DNA of 55,578 nucleotides. Origin: a virus. Its lineage: Duplodnaviria > Caudoviricetes. The translations under genes and the position numbers were made by a program. The DNA is taken from the IMG/VR virus record IMGVR_UViG_3300032069_000014, positions 1 to 55,578 of that record; one strand, given 5' to 3'. Below, piece by piece: positions 9,336 through 18,698 of this stretch (positions are counted from its first letter, which is position 1; the number at the start of each line of letters is the position of its first letter). The notes under the pieces were generated by a model, which was not told the origin of the DNA, ran no database searches, and worked only from the letters and a program-made list of their open reading frames with translations.

Positions 9336-10973
9336 ATGCCAGCGAACTTGAAAGCTATTAGTGTCAGGCAGCTTATGCGACAGAAGCCGCCAGGGTGGTT
9401 TGAGGAGCTCTTGATACGACTCGGGGCACGTGCTGCTGCGCCTATAGTCACTGGTACAGCATCCTATGTCGGCGGCCGTCTTGCCGAGAGGCGACGAACA
9501 AGAAAGAAGTTGGGTTTCGCTATGGACGAACAAATTGAAATGTACCCAATGAAATCGCAAGCTCAGAGACGGTTTCTACACGCAGTGCATCCAGACATCG
9601 CCGAGGAGTTTGAGTCAAAGACGCCTGCAGGCAAGAAGCTCCCCGAGCACGCGAGGAAAAAGAAGAAGTATGCTTTGTCTCCTAAGTCCAATATAACGAT
9701 AAGACATGCAGTCGACGAAGCTATAAGAGCCGCACCCCAAAGAATTATTCCTGCCGGGGTATTAGCGAGCGCAAACTTAGCTGCCGCTCTGCTCGCTAAT
9801 CGGCGAAAAGAACAAGAGCTTCAGGGAAAGAAGCCCGAGATGACAACTGGCGGTAAGGTTTGGAGAGGCGCTGTTACAGGCCTAACGGGAACGTGGCCGG
9901 GATATCTTATCGGGCGTAAGATCGGTGGGATGGAAAACGCGACACCCACTAAGCATGCGAAGAAGAAGAAGAAATATGAGCTTCCGCTCGGGTCGAGGCT
10001 CAAGTGGGGAGCGAAGCGATGGGCCAAACGAGCAGCTCTCGTCGGCGGAGGAGCACTCGGCGGTGCTGCGTATGTGAAAACACGTCGAGCCAAGAGAGAA
10101 TATGACGTCTTACGTTCTGCGGGTTTCACTCCTCAAGAAGCCTCCGAGATCGCTACTGCTGGCATATTAGGGAAGTATTCTCTTAACTATCAAGCACCTT
10201 CCGCGACCCCGATCAGAACAGGCTTAGGACAAGTCTGGAGCGGCCTCAAGTCAGGTTATGAGACAGCTGCTCCCCATGTCCAAGAGTGGCTTAAGAGGCC
10301 AACGTCTCGTAGGTTAGCTCTAGCAGGTGCAGGTGCAGGCTATTATCTAGGTAGAAGAAAGAAGAGAGAGCGCGAGGGATATTCTCTTAGCTACGCTAAG
10401 AAAGAAAAGACCTATCCTATTCGACGCGCTATTCTCGGGGTAGCCGACATGCATACTAAAGATCTGGTAAGGACATTGCAATCTCATGGAGGCCCGACCG
10501 GCTTCTTCGGTAAAGCCGCAGCGCATGAGCTTAAGAAACGTGGCTTTTCGGACCAAGAGATCCAAAAAGCAATGAAGAAAGTATACAGCTTGCAGGGGTA
10601 TTCTCTTTACCAGCAGTACAAGAATAACCCCGATCTTATGCGTGCGATAGCTGCTCGTGACGGCGTCGAACTCGATGTCCAGAGATACGCAATACAGGAT
10701 GTCCTCACCGGCTGGCAACTCGGCTATAAGCACGGAGAAGAGGAAGCGCAGGGGATCCGTCCTGCTCCGGGGGCTTTGAGGTTGGCGGCACTAATGACGT
10801 TGCACGGAGAGAGCTATGTCCTTGGGCGTCAGAAAGCTCTTACAGAAGCAGGGATGCATGGTGGTACGCGTCAGAGCGAGTCCTTCCTGGAAACACTAGT
10901 CAAGTCGGTCGACAGACTCCTTGGCGGAGAAACGAAAAGTGCCGAAGCTCTTGAAACAACGGCAAGCGCATGA
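9336..10973 (+). CDS. Basic modular protein (putative internal head polyprotein)
   Basis: 545-aa ORF abutting the previous stop; same module architecture. Confidence 0.7.
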   Translation: MPANLKAISVRQLMRQKPPGWFEELLIRLGARAAAPIVTGTASYVGGRLAERRRTRKKLGFAMDEQIEMYPMKSQAQRRFLHAVHPDIAEEFESKTPAGKKLPEHARKKKKYALSPKSNITIRHAVDEAIRAAPQRIIPAGVLASANLAAALLANRRKEQELQGKKPEMTTGGKVWRGAVTGLTGTWPGYLIGRKIGGMENATPTKHAKKKKKYELPLGSRLKWGAKRWAKRAALVGGGALGGAAYVKTRRAKREYDVLRSAGFTPQEASEIATAGILGKYSLNYQAPSATPIRTGLGQVWSGLKSGYETAAPHVQEWLKRPTSRRLALAGAGAGYYLGRRKKREREGYSLSYAKKEKTYPIRRAILGVADMHTKDLVRTLQSHGGPTGFFGKAAAHELKKRGFSDQEIQKAMKKVYSLQGYSLYQQYKNNPDLMRAIAARDGVELDVQRYAIQDVLTGWQLGYKHGEEEAQGIRPAPGALRLAALMTLHGESYVLGRQKALTEAGMHGGTRQSESFLETLVKSVDRLLGGETKSAEALETTASA

Positions 10974-12651
10974 AGGCGTATCGGATTGGATTCGCATCTA
11001 TACCGAATCCCTTCATGCTTTGAGTGGGCGTCATAAGGACGCGCCGATAGCTAAACAGGCGCGGCGCGTCCTTGACGATCTTGCTCGAGAAGCCCTCTCT
11101 CTGGGGCGAGGGAATGTTTGGCTGCCGGAACCAGGCGCTGAAGGGTATTATCCGACAATAGGCGAGATTGCCTACCCCGATCTCAGAACCGCACTTCGCA
11201 AGGGTGCTCGGAGCCAGATAAAGGAAGCGGCTTGGGCAAGAGCACGCAAAACCGAAAGCCCGTATACCCCACCACCTCAAAGCACCCAGAATATACCCGA
11301 GCACGGGTTAGGAGCGCGTTCTTTCGGTGAGAAGAAGACTTTACGTTCGCAGCTTACTGCGTTAGGAATGATCGACGAAAACGGGAAGTGGCTTATAGAC
11401 CCTCGTGGTCATACATCAGAAGCTGCGATGGCGCGGGAGTTGATGGTTGCAATGCCTGTAGCTGAAGGAAGATACCCAGAGTTTCTCGGAAGAAGAGTAC
11501 CGGGGACCCTGTTTCGTAGAGAACGTGGCTCTGTCCTGCGTTGGGACGAGATATCCCCCGAAGATGTTCAAATAGGCGGAGGTTTTTCACCAATGAAATT
11601 CGCGCGTGTTACGTCATATGCTAAATTCGCTCCGATAAGAGAAGCTCTGCCCGCCTGGATTTCTGAATCAGGCGGCTCGCATTTGTCTCCTCGTGCGCTG
11701 AAAGGGTTGAGTCAAGTCACTCGTGGTACCATGGGTCTCCTTGGGGTCAAAGAGATGCGGACCCCGAGAGCAGGGAGTTATCGTCGGTTACGCCTCAAGT
11801 GGGCTCGGCAGGGTATCTCTCCTACTGAGCAACAAATAAGAGAAAAACTATTAACGGTGGCACCTAATTATACAGGTCTTGATCTAGAGATGAAGGCGCA
11901 GAAGCCTAGGTTCCTAAAAAAAATTATGCGCGCATCAACAGGTGAAGGATCGCCGCGCGAGCAGGCGCTCGGAGGTCTTTTAAACCGTGGCGTCGAGAAC
12001 GTGAATGCTGGTTATAAACAGCTTCAGCAGCAGCTTCTGCAGCGACGAAGAGGCGCGGGGCCAGCACAGTATCGTATTGGGGCAGGAATGCAGTATGCTC
12101 TGGTGCGGAAAAAGACATCGCACGAGACGGTTAATGTAGTTATGCCCCAGTCGAGTCTTGGCTCGCAGGCAGCTTCCAGTGTGATAGGCGGAGCAGCTGG
12201 TGCTTCAGCGGCGTTGCTCGTTGATCGAATTGTGAAAGCGATAGGGAAACGCGTCAAGAGATTTGCGTTGAAGCCTAAAGAAAAAGTGTGCTTCTACGCC
12301 GGTTTCTTCGAGCAGCTAAAGGAAGCGGGGCTCCCTGCGTTATCTCGGGGAGCACTGATGGGACTTCTTGACGCTGTACACCAGGAGCTCGGGATACTTC
12401 CGGCGATAACCGTAGATAACATTCCTATACACCGTAAATCATTCGATTCAAGGTTTGAGCGGCTCGGTAACATGGAGCTCCGGGCAAAAGCGCGACGTCT
12501 CGCCGAACATCCCTTGCTGCAGCAAGAGCAGGATCTCCTAGCTCAACCAAATGTATCGAAACAGGCAATAGATGCAATACGAGTCAAGAGCGCCCCCTAC
12601 AGAAAGACACTGGAGGAACTTATGAAGGAGGTTATACACCGCGAGGCATAA
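10939..12651 (+). CDS. Basic modular protein (putative internal head polyprotein)
   Basis: Long ORF, probable GTG start at 10939 after GGAG; contains a module paralogous to one in the 1080-aa ORF. Confidence 0.7.
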   Translation: MPKLLKQRQAHEGVSDWIRIYTESLHALSGRHKDAPIAKQARRVLDDLAREALSLGRGNVWLPEPGAEGYYPTIGEIAYPDLRTALRKGARSQIKEAAWARARKTESPYTPPPQSTQNIPEHGLGARSFGEKKTLRSQLTALGMIDENGKWLIDPRGHTSEAAMARELMVAMPVAEGRYPEFLGRRVPGTLFRRERGSVLRWDEISPEDVQIGGGFSPMKFARVTSYAKFAPIREALPAWISESGGSHLSPRALKGLSQVTRGTMGLLGVKEMRTPRAGSYRRLRLKWARQGISPTEQQIREKLLTVAPNYTGLDLEMKAQKPRFLKKIMRASTGEGSPREQALGGLLNRGVENVNAGYKQLQQQLLQRRRGAGPAQYRIGAGMQYALVRKKTSHETVNVVMPQSSLGSQAASSVIGGAAGASAALLVDRIVKAIGKRVKRFALKPKEKVCFYAGFFEQLKEAGLPALSRGALMGLLDAVHQELGILPAITVDNIPIHRKSFDSRFERLGNMELRAKARRLAEHPLLQQEQDLLAQPNVSKQAIDAIRVKSAPYRKTLEELMKEVIHREA

Positions 12652-12675
12652 TAGAAAGGATTTTATGTTTTCTTC

Positions 12676-12704
12676 TTGCAAGAAGCGGAAAGACCAAGGA
12701 TAAT
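12676..12704 (+). promoter_or_regulatory. Sigma70-type promoter for head genes
   Basis: TTGCAA-17bp-GATAAT preceded by TTTCTTC, the same context as the promoters at 33254 and 52781. Confidence 0.6.
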
Positions 12705-12721
12705 AGGAATAGGATAGAAAG

Positions 12722-14359
12722 ATGGCAAAGTTCAACATAATACCAGAGGATGAAAAAGGTGAATTCTTCACCGTCAAGGAGATTCCCGTCTTCGAGATGC
12801 ATACTGATAGGGGCTTCGCTTGCGATGCTGCGTGGATGGCCGATGCGATTAAGAACCACGAACATTATGCCAGCCAAGACTGGAGACCTCCCATAATCGT
12901 CGGTCATAACACGAAGGGAGCTGAAAAGGAATCGGTGGGGTTCCTCGATAACTTACGTCTCAAAGGTGCACGGCTCTACGCGGATATGGTGCGGGTTCCG
13001 AAAGAGATAGTGCAGAAGTTCAAGCGCAATGCATGGCCCTCAAGAAGCGTCGAAGTCCTCCCGAAAGCAAAGCGTATCTTAGCTCTTGCTCTTCTCGGAG
13101 GCACTGCACCTCATTTTGCTTTACCTCAAGTAGCGTATGGTTTGGAAACAGATGAAGAACCAGTTTGGTATAGGAGCCCAACAATGGGAACGAACATGTT
13201 CACTGACGAGCAGCGCAAAGAGCTTTTTGGAATGATCGGCGAAGCGGTTACTCAAGCCGTCCCCGTCGCACTCCAGGAGGCACTACATTATGATGACCCG
13301 GAAGAAGACGAAGACGAAGTCGAAGAAGACGAGGACGAAGGTGAGTACTCACTTCAGGAACTCGTCGAGATATACGCAAACCCGAAGACGCCACCCAGCA
13401 TGAGAGAGCGAGCAATGGCGGCAATTACGGGTTTGGGTGAGAAAATAGGCGGAGCCGCTCAAAGCGCTCGCTTCGGCGCGCGTCGCTTAGCTGGCCGAAT
13501 GACGGGTACTCGCGGCGGCGGGCGCTATGGGCCGGCTTTCCGGCGCAGCGCAGAGGCTGCCGGGCGACAGCTGAAAGCAGGTGCGCGAATTCATGCGGGG
13601 CAGCTCGCTACAGCGGGTGTTGCTGGTGCTGCGGGTGCCGGACTCGGAGCTGCTGCTGTTGGTGGCCGTAAGCGCCGCAAGCATGAATATGCCCTTGACG
13701 AGAACAACCTGGTGCTCTACGATGAGCAGGGCAATGTTGTAGGGCAGGTCGTGCCTACTGCACCTGACCCGACAGATCTCCCGCCGACGATGGACGATGA
13801 TCCTTCGCTCGAAGCCGACGAGGGGGCAGTCGGAGTAGGATCGGGAATCGACTCAACGCTTCAGAACGATCCGGGCGACCCCGAGACAGACTTGATCGAG
13901 GAAGTGGGTCGTGAGGATTCGGATCAATTCGCATCAGAGGAAGACGCTATGCAATATGACCTACAGCGAAGAGTCGATACGCTCGAGACAGCCAACGCGC
14001 TTCTGCAGACTGGCCGTAAGGCCGAGCAACTGAAGACATATTTGCTGCATCAGCAGCAGAACGGGGCACCTATTAAGGACGTCGAGCAAACACTCGCGTT
14101 TATGATGAGCCTCGATGACGGTCAGCTCGAGACTTTCCAAAAGCAGCTCGAAAGTTCTCCGAAGGTATCGTTAGGGCGAATTTCCGAAGACGCCGTTACG
14201 AACTATGACCTCCGTACATCAGAGATCAAAGAAGACTATGCTCGAAACAGAACTGTCTATCGTGGCCTTGGCGTCACCGAAGAAGACATGAAGTACGCCG
14301 ATTTCGTGCGGTCGGGTCCGTTCAACGCTGGCGGAAACAACAGTGGTGTTAAGCGCTAA
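12722..14359 (+). CDS. Prohead protease/scaffold fusion (Mu gpI-like)
   Basis: N-terminal PIIVGH...VGF...RLYAD...SRSVE...LALLGGTAP protease pattern; acidic helical C-terminal scaffold; upstream of capsid. Confidence 0.8.
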   Translation: MAKFNIIPEDEKGEFFTVKEIPVFEMHTDRGFACDAAWMADAIKNHEHYASQDWRPPIIVGHNTKGAEKESVGFLDNLRLKGARLYADMVRVPKEIVQKFKRNAWPSRSVEVLPKAKRILALALLGGTAPHFALPQVAYGLETDEEPVWYRSPTMGTNMFTDEQRKELFGMIGEAVTQAVPVALQEALHYDDPEEDEDEVEEDEDEGEYSLQELVEIYANPKTPPSMRERAMAAITGLGEKIGGAAQSARFGARRLAGRMTGTRGGGRYGPAFRRSAEAAGRQLKAGARIHAGQLATAGVAGAAGAGLGAAAVGGRKRRKHEYALDENNLVLYDEQGNVVGQVVPTAPDPTDLPPTMDDDPSLEADEGAVGVGSGIDSTLQNDPGDPETDLIEEVGREDSDQFASEEDAMQYDLQRRVDTLETANALLQTGRKAEQLKTYLLHQQQNGAPIKDVEQTLAFMMSLDDGQLETFQKQLESSPKVSLGRISEDAVTNYDLRTSEIKEDYARNRTVYRGLGVTEEDMKYADFVRSGPFNAGGNNSGVKR

Positions 14360-14804
14360 TCTTGGTACGACGCTCCGCGCTAAGCAAGGCGACATTTTCG
14401 GCTATAAGGTCGCTGGCGGGGTACATATCTATGTTGGAGCAACAGTAACGGTTGCGTTAGCTGGTGCCACAGCGGGATATGCACGTCCCGCGCTGAGCAA
14501 TGATACCGGATTGTCCCAACTAGTTGTGGGAGTAGCGCGAAAAGAAGCAAATGCTGTTGGAAAGAATAACGGTGATCTGGAAGTTCTTGTCCAACGCGGT
14601 CGATGGCGACGCGAGAAAGCGGGTGCGGTACAATCCGATGTTGGAAAGCTCGCTTGCGTGGCTGATGATGAGACGGTGCGTCTTTATGACCTTGCTGCTG
14701 AAAGCAACATTGTTTGTGGGCGCATCACTGAAATCGATGGGTCGCGTGTATTCGTCGATTATGATATGCAAAATGCACGGGTAGCAACAAGCCTAACACA
14801 ATGA
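14343..14804 (+). CDS. Head decoration / capsid cement protein
   Basis: Position before the capsid gene; IYVGA.V...GYARP...VVGVA...DVGK....DDETV pattern. Confidence 0.7.
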   Translation: MVLSANLGTTLRAKQGDIFGYKVAGGVHIYVGATVTVALAGATAGYARPALSNDTGLSQLVVGVARKEANAVGKNNGDLEVLVQRGRWRREKAGAVQSDVGKLACVADDETVRLYDLAAESNIVCGRITEIDGSRVFVDYDMQNARVATSLTQ

Positions 14805-14817
14805 TAGGAGACTAATC

Positions 14818-15990
14818 ATGGCAGGCGGAAATATTGGAAACGCACTTCAAGTGAGACTGAAAGGTGATATCCTTTCGTTTCCAGTGAAGATAGCGACGGC
14901 AATCTATCGCGGCGCTCCAGTTGCAGCAGATTCGACAGGATACGCTGTAATGGCAAGCGACGAAGCCGCGATGAAATTCCTCGGTATAGCGGAGGAAAGC
15001 AACACAGTCGCTGAAGCAGTCGCAAGCGGGACCGTCAGTGTAAAGGTTCGCCGGCGCGGTATTTTCCGGATGAAGTTAACAGGCGTGGATATCACGCACA
15101 TAGGTCTTCGTGCTTATGCTGAGACAGCTCAGGGCGCATCGACGGATTACGCAGTTGCGCTCGCTGCTAGCTCAGCGTACAAGAACCTAATCGGTACCAT
15201 CGTCAAGTTAGACGCCACAGACAATTACTGTTGGGTTGACATCGCCCCTGAATATGGCGTCGACATGGATGTGACAGCGCACGAAGCGTTACATAGCGGC
15301 GACGCGCATGTAATTAGCGCAATTGCGGGCGAGGCGTATACGCTAGCGGGAACGGATCCATCCATTACATTTGCGATGGCGCTAAAGCGCGCTGTGGTCT
15401 TGTCTGATAATACGCCGAATGTTGTTACGTTGCCTACGGCAGCCGCAATGGACGCATTAGGTGACGGACTGACATTTCGTGTAGTTAAAGGCGGTACGGG
15501 TGTTGACGCTGTTACGTTCACACCAGGAGCAGGTTCGGTTATCGCAGGTGATGGTGTTATCAACAATAGTACGCTCGTGCGTACTATGGCGCCCGGCGAT
15601 TCGATTACCTTCACTTATACAAAGACAACACCTGCTACAACCTATACTGTTGTTGCCGAGACACATGCTCCTTACGGAGTCAAGGTAACTGAAACAGGTA
15701 CGATCTCGCTTGCGCAGATGCGAGCAGGTGGTGTAATCGAAGTCGCTAACGGCGCCGCTGCGACGTTGGATCTAGCTACTCCGACGGGTGTCTTTGATCT
15801 CTACCGTCGTGTCAGTTTCGTGAAGACAGCGGGCAACAGTTTTGCTATTACGCTTACCACAGCCGGCGCAGAGACAATCGACGGCGCAGCGAATGACGGC
15901 GCAGACATGGATGCTCTCTATGACTCAAAGACACTGACTTGGATGGGCGCGACAGTTGGATGGGTTACGACAAGTAAGAACATTCATTAA
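14818..15990 (+). CDS. Second cement-like protein with C-terminal extension
   Basis: N-terminus paralogous to the previous gene (GDILSFPV...IYRGAPV...GYAV...FLGIA); C-terminal TLPTAA/ETIDG fibre-like repeats. Confidence 0.65.
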   Translation: MAGGNIGNALQVRLKGDILSFPVKIATAIYRGAPVAADSTGYAVMASDEAAMKFLGIAEESNTVAEAVASGTVSVKVRRRGIFRMKLTGVDITHIGLRAYAETAQGASTDYAVALAASSAYKNLIGTIVKLDATDNYCWVDIAPEYGVDMDVTAHEALHSGDAHVISAIAGEAYTLAGTDPSITFAMALKRAVVLSDNTPNVVTLPTAAAMDALGDGLTFRVVKGGTGVDAVTFTPGAGSVIAGDGVINNSTLVRTMAPGDSITFTYTKTTPATTYTVVAETHAPYGVKVTETGTISLAQMRAGGVIEVANGAAATLDLATPTGVFDLYRRVSFVKTAGNSFAITLTTAGAETIDGAANDGADMDALYDSKTLTWMGATVGWVTTSKNIH

Positions 15991-16094
15991 CAGCGTGAAA
16001 TGAAGATTGAGCCTCGAAGCCTAGAAATGGCGGTAAAGCAGCTTCAAGCTAGCGATACGAGGTAGAGTGAATAGAACTAGCTAGGAGAAATGAA

Positions 16095-17162
16095 ATGCTA
16101 CCGTATGATGTCGGAATATTGGAGCGCGGGATTCGAGGCATCTTTGCTCGCGAATTCCTCACTCGGCAGAAGAGAGTGAAGTATACTCGCTTCACCTCGA
16201 TTGTGAATAGCGACAAAGAGGAAGAGAAGTACGCAATGATAGGTACGCTCCCGCAGCTCTCGGAGCTGATCGACGAGCGTGCCTTGGCGGGCTTCTCTTC
16301 GTACGACTACACCCTTAAGAACAAGACGTATGTAAGCGGTGTCAAAGTTCCTCGTCAAGTCTTCGACTTTGACCAGACCGGGCAGCTGCGTACACTTGTT
16401 CAGAGCCTCGGGGCTCGCGTTGCTAACTTCCCCGATAAGCTCGTCGCAGCGTTGCTGCGGAACGGAGACCAAGCAACATATATCGGTTACGACAAAGCGA
16501 TCTTCTTCAGCTCTTCACATGATTTAGGGAATGGGACGAACCAGATCAACAAGTTCACCGGAAACGTGACTGATAATATGTTGGATGCGGTTGTAGGTAG
16601 CTCGACCGACAAAGCCGACAGGGATAACGCAATCGCCGGCTTCCAGATGGACCTGATGAAGGCGAGAGCACAGCTTTCTGGGTTCACTGATGATCGTGGT
16701 GAGCCATGGCATGACAGCCTCGATGCTGCAGGACTTATTATTGTCTGCGCACCGAAGATGGAAGCGATCGCTCGAGTAGCTATTGAAGGTACGCTGATTA
16801 GCGACACCACCAACATGACGCTGAAGTTGGCTGGCGACATTATTACCTCCCAGTATTCGCTCGACGCGGGTAGCTATATGAGCTCGTGGTATCTACTGAA
16901 GGTAGATACGCCGATCCAGCCCTTCATCTTCCAACGCTTCGGACCAAAGACAGATTTCCCTGATGTCATTCCCGAAGCCGACCAGGAAGTACTCAAGGCG
17001 CTGAATGCTGTCGAGATCCAGACCGTCATGCGTGGTGGGCAGAACATCGATGCCCATACGTTCTTCAATGACGAGTTCCTCTTCGGTGCTCGAGTCATCT
17101 ACTCGGCCGGATATGGAATGTGGCAGAACGCGATCAAGATCCAAGGGTCAACAGGCTCGTAA
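16095..17162 (+). CDS. Major capsid protein, Mu gpT family
   Basis: YTLKNKTY..GV.V.R, GYD..IFFSSSH, WYLL....PIQPFIFQ, FLFGAR....AGYGMWQ. Confidence 0.9.
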   Translation: MLPYDVGILERGIRGIFAREFLTRQKRVKYTRFTSIVNSDKEEEKYAMIGTLPQLSELIDERALAGFSSYDYTLKNKTYVSGVKVPRQVFDFDQTGQLRTLVQSLGARVANFPDKLVAALLRNGDQATYIGYDKAIFFSSSHDLGNGTNQINKFTGNVTDNMLDAVVGSSTDKADRDNAIAGFQMDLMKARAQLSGFTDDRGEPWHDSLDAAGLIIVCAPKMEAIARVAIEGTLISDTTNMTLKLAGDIITSQYSLDAGSYMSSWYLLKVDTPIQPFIFQRFGPKTDFPDVIPEADQEVLKALNAVEIQTVMRGGQNIDAHTFFNDEFLFGARVIYSAGYGMWQNAIKIQGSTGS

Positions 17163-17180
17163 GAACGGCTGGAACGGAAT

Positions 17181-17235
17181 GGGTGGCTTCATGCTATATG
17201 TCCGTGTCATATGACGCGCGTGCATGAAGCCACCC
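17181..17235 (+). terminator. Stem-loop after the capsid gene (terminator or mRNA stabiliser)
   Basis: 14-bp perfect inverted repeat GGGTGGCTTCATGC / GCATGAAGCCACCC; no U-tract. Confidence 0.5.
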
Positions 17236-17251
17236 GCAATGTAAGTGAACT

Positions 17252-17683
17252 ATGGCTATAATTACCAAGGACATTCTTCGGCTTGCATATACATCTACGC
17301 GCATCGATCAACTAAGTGATAACGGCGGCGGGCCTGATGACACTGTATTAGATCAGATCATAGCAAGAGCCGAAGGTGTTATCAAAAATGCTCTTGCGAA
17401 GATCTATACAACAGCGGAGATCGAGGCCGACGACGGAGTCAAACGTATCTGCGAGATCTTCTCTGTCTACTACCTCGAAGCAAGACGCGGAGATGTACCC
17501 GCGCAAGTCTTTGCGGACTATAAAGAAGCCACGGAAATACTTGGATCGCTTGTTCGTGGAGAAACCGCGCTCGCGAGCGCAACTGAAGTGTTACCCTCGA
17601 TAAGCTTAGATACAGGGCGTGGGCCACTTTCACAAGACTCATTCTTTGATGGACTCCCGACTGAACGTGTTGAGGAGTACTAA
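17252..17683 (+). CDS. Head-tail connector, Mu gp36 / DUF1320-like
   Basis: DQLSD......D..VL...I..AEG.I...L and DYKEA..IL..LVRG; position after capsid. Confidence 0.75.
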   Translation: MAIITKDILRLAYTSTRIDQLSDNGGGPDDTVLDQIIARAEGVIKNALAKIYTTAEIEADDGVKRICEIFSVYYLEARRGDVPAQVFADYKEATEILGSLVRGETALASATEVLPSISLDTGRGPLSQDSFFDGLPTERVEEY

Positions 17684-17685
17684 CA

Positions 17686-18204
17686 ATGGCAGTTGTACAT
17701 AGAGTTCCTGGACCGATAAGCGTTTCGGTAGCAAAAGGAAGCGGTGGCTGGCTACCTTTGGGGCTCACAAAAGCCGGGGCGATCATACGCATCGAAAATC
17801 GCTGGGAGCCTATAGTTTGTGATGCGTTCGGTTCAGAACCTGTTGACTACGTCGCTTCGGGCGGCGGGTGCCAAATAGAAATCATTGGTCTCGATATAGA
17901 ACACGTCGCGACTGCTTTAGCAGGTATTTTAGAAGAAACGTGGGGTACAATTCAGAAAGTCGGTTATCTCATAAGCGGAGAGACAAATAGCGTAGCAGCC
18001 GATTGCATAAAAGTGAAAATAACCGAAGGGACTCTTATTGGTAATCAAGCTCAGGTTTGGGAAGCCGATAAGTGTACTGTAGCCAACACTCATGAGATAG
18101 CACTCCGTTCTACTCAAGAGTTTCAGATACCGCTGATCTTTAACGTTCTCCCAGATAGCGGCGGCAGCCTTTTCCAGGCGCTCCCGAGCTACATTCGAGC
18201 ATGA
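17686..18204 (+). CDS. Putative tail tube protein (paralogue 1)
   Basis: PGP..V...PLG.T..G.IIR pattern typical of tube proteins; tail module position. Confidence 0.55.
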   Translation: MAVVHRVPGPISVSVAKGSGGWLPLGLTKAGAIIRIENRWEPIVCDAFGSEPVDYVASGGGCQIEIIGLDIEHVATALAGILEETWGTIQKVGYLISGETNSVAADCIKVKITEGTLIGNQAQVWEADKCTVANTHEIALRSTQEFQIPLIFNVLPDSGGSLFQALPSYIRA

Positions 18205-18216
18205 GGTAAGTGAACC

Positions 18217-18678
18217 ATGGCTATATTTCGGATTCCGGGACCTTGTGAAGTCGAGTGGGGCGGAGAACCTCTTGGGGTCACGCGTCAGGGAGTCATAATA
18301 AGAATCCGGCATACACTAACTCCTATAACAGATGACGCGCACGGAACTGCACCAGCAGCATTTATCAACACAGGAAAAAGCGCGCTCGTTACGCTCGAGG
18401 CACTCGATGTGGGTGCATTCAAAACCGCGTGGGATAGTTTACTAAATCTATACGCTGTTGGGACCCTAGCTTCTGCCGTGAGCGACGAGCTCAATATCTA
18501 CGAGCGCGGCAATAATGAACCCGATTGGACAGCTGAGCAAGCGACCTGCATCGACCCATCCAACATAGAGCTACGAGCGACTCAGGAGCTAAGGCTCGAT
18601 GTGTCGTTCTTGATTACTCCGGCACCGTACGGTGAAGAAGGTTATCACAGACTATTCTCGAAGTACCGCCTTACATAA
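18217..18678 (+). CDS. Putative tail tube protein (paralogue 2)
   Basis: Clear similarity to the previous ORF along its length. Confidence 0.55.
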   Translation: MAIFRIPGPCEVEWGGEPLGVTRQGVIIRIRHTLTPITDDAHGTAPAAFINTGKSALVTLEALDVGAFKTAWDSLLNLYAVGTLASAVSDELNIYERGNNEPDWTAEQATCIDPSNIELRATQELRLDVSFLITPAPYGEEGYHRLFSKYRLT

Positions 18679-18698
18679 CTATATAGCAAGGAGAAGAC

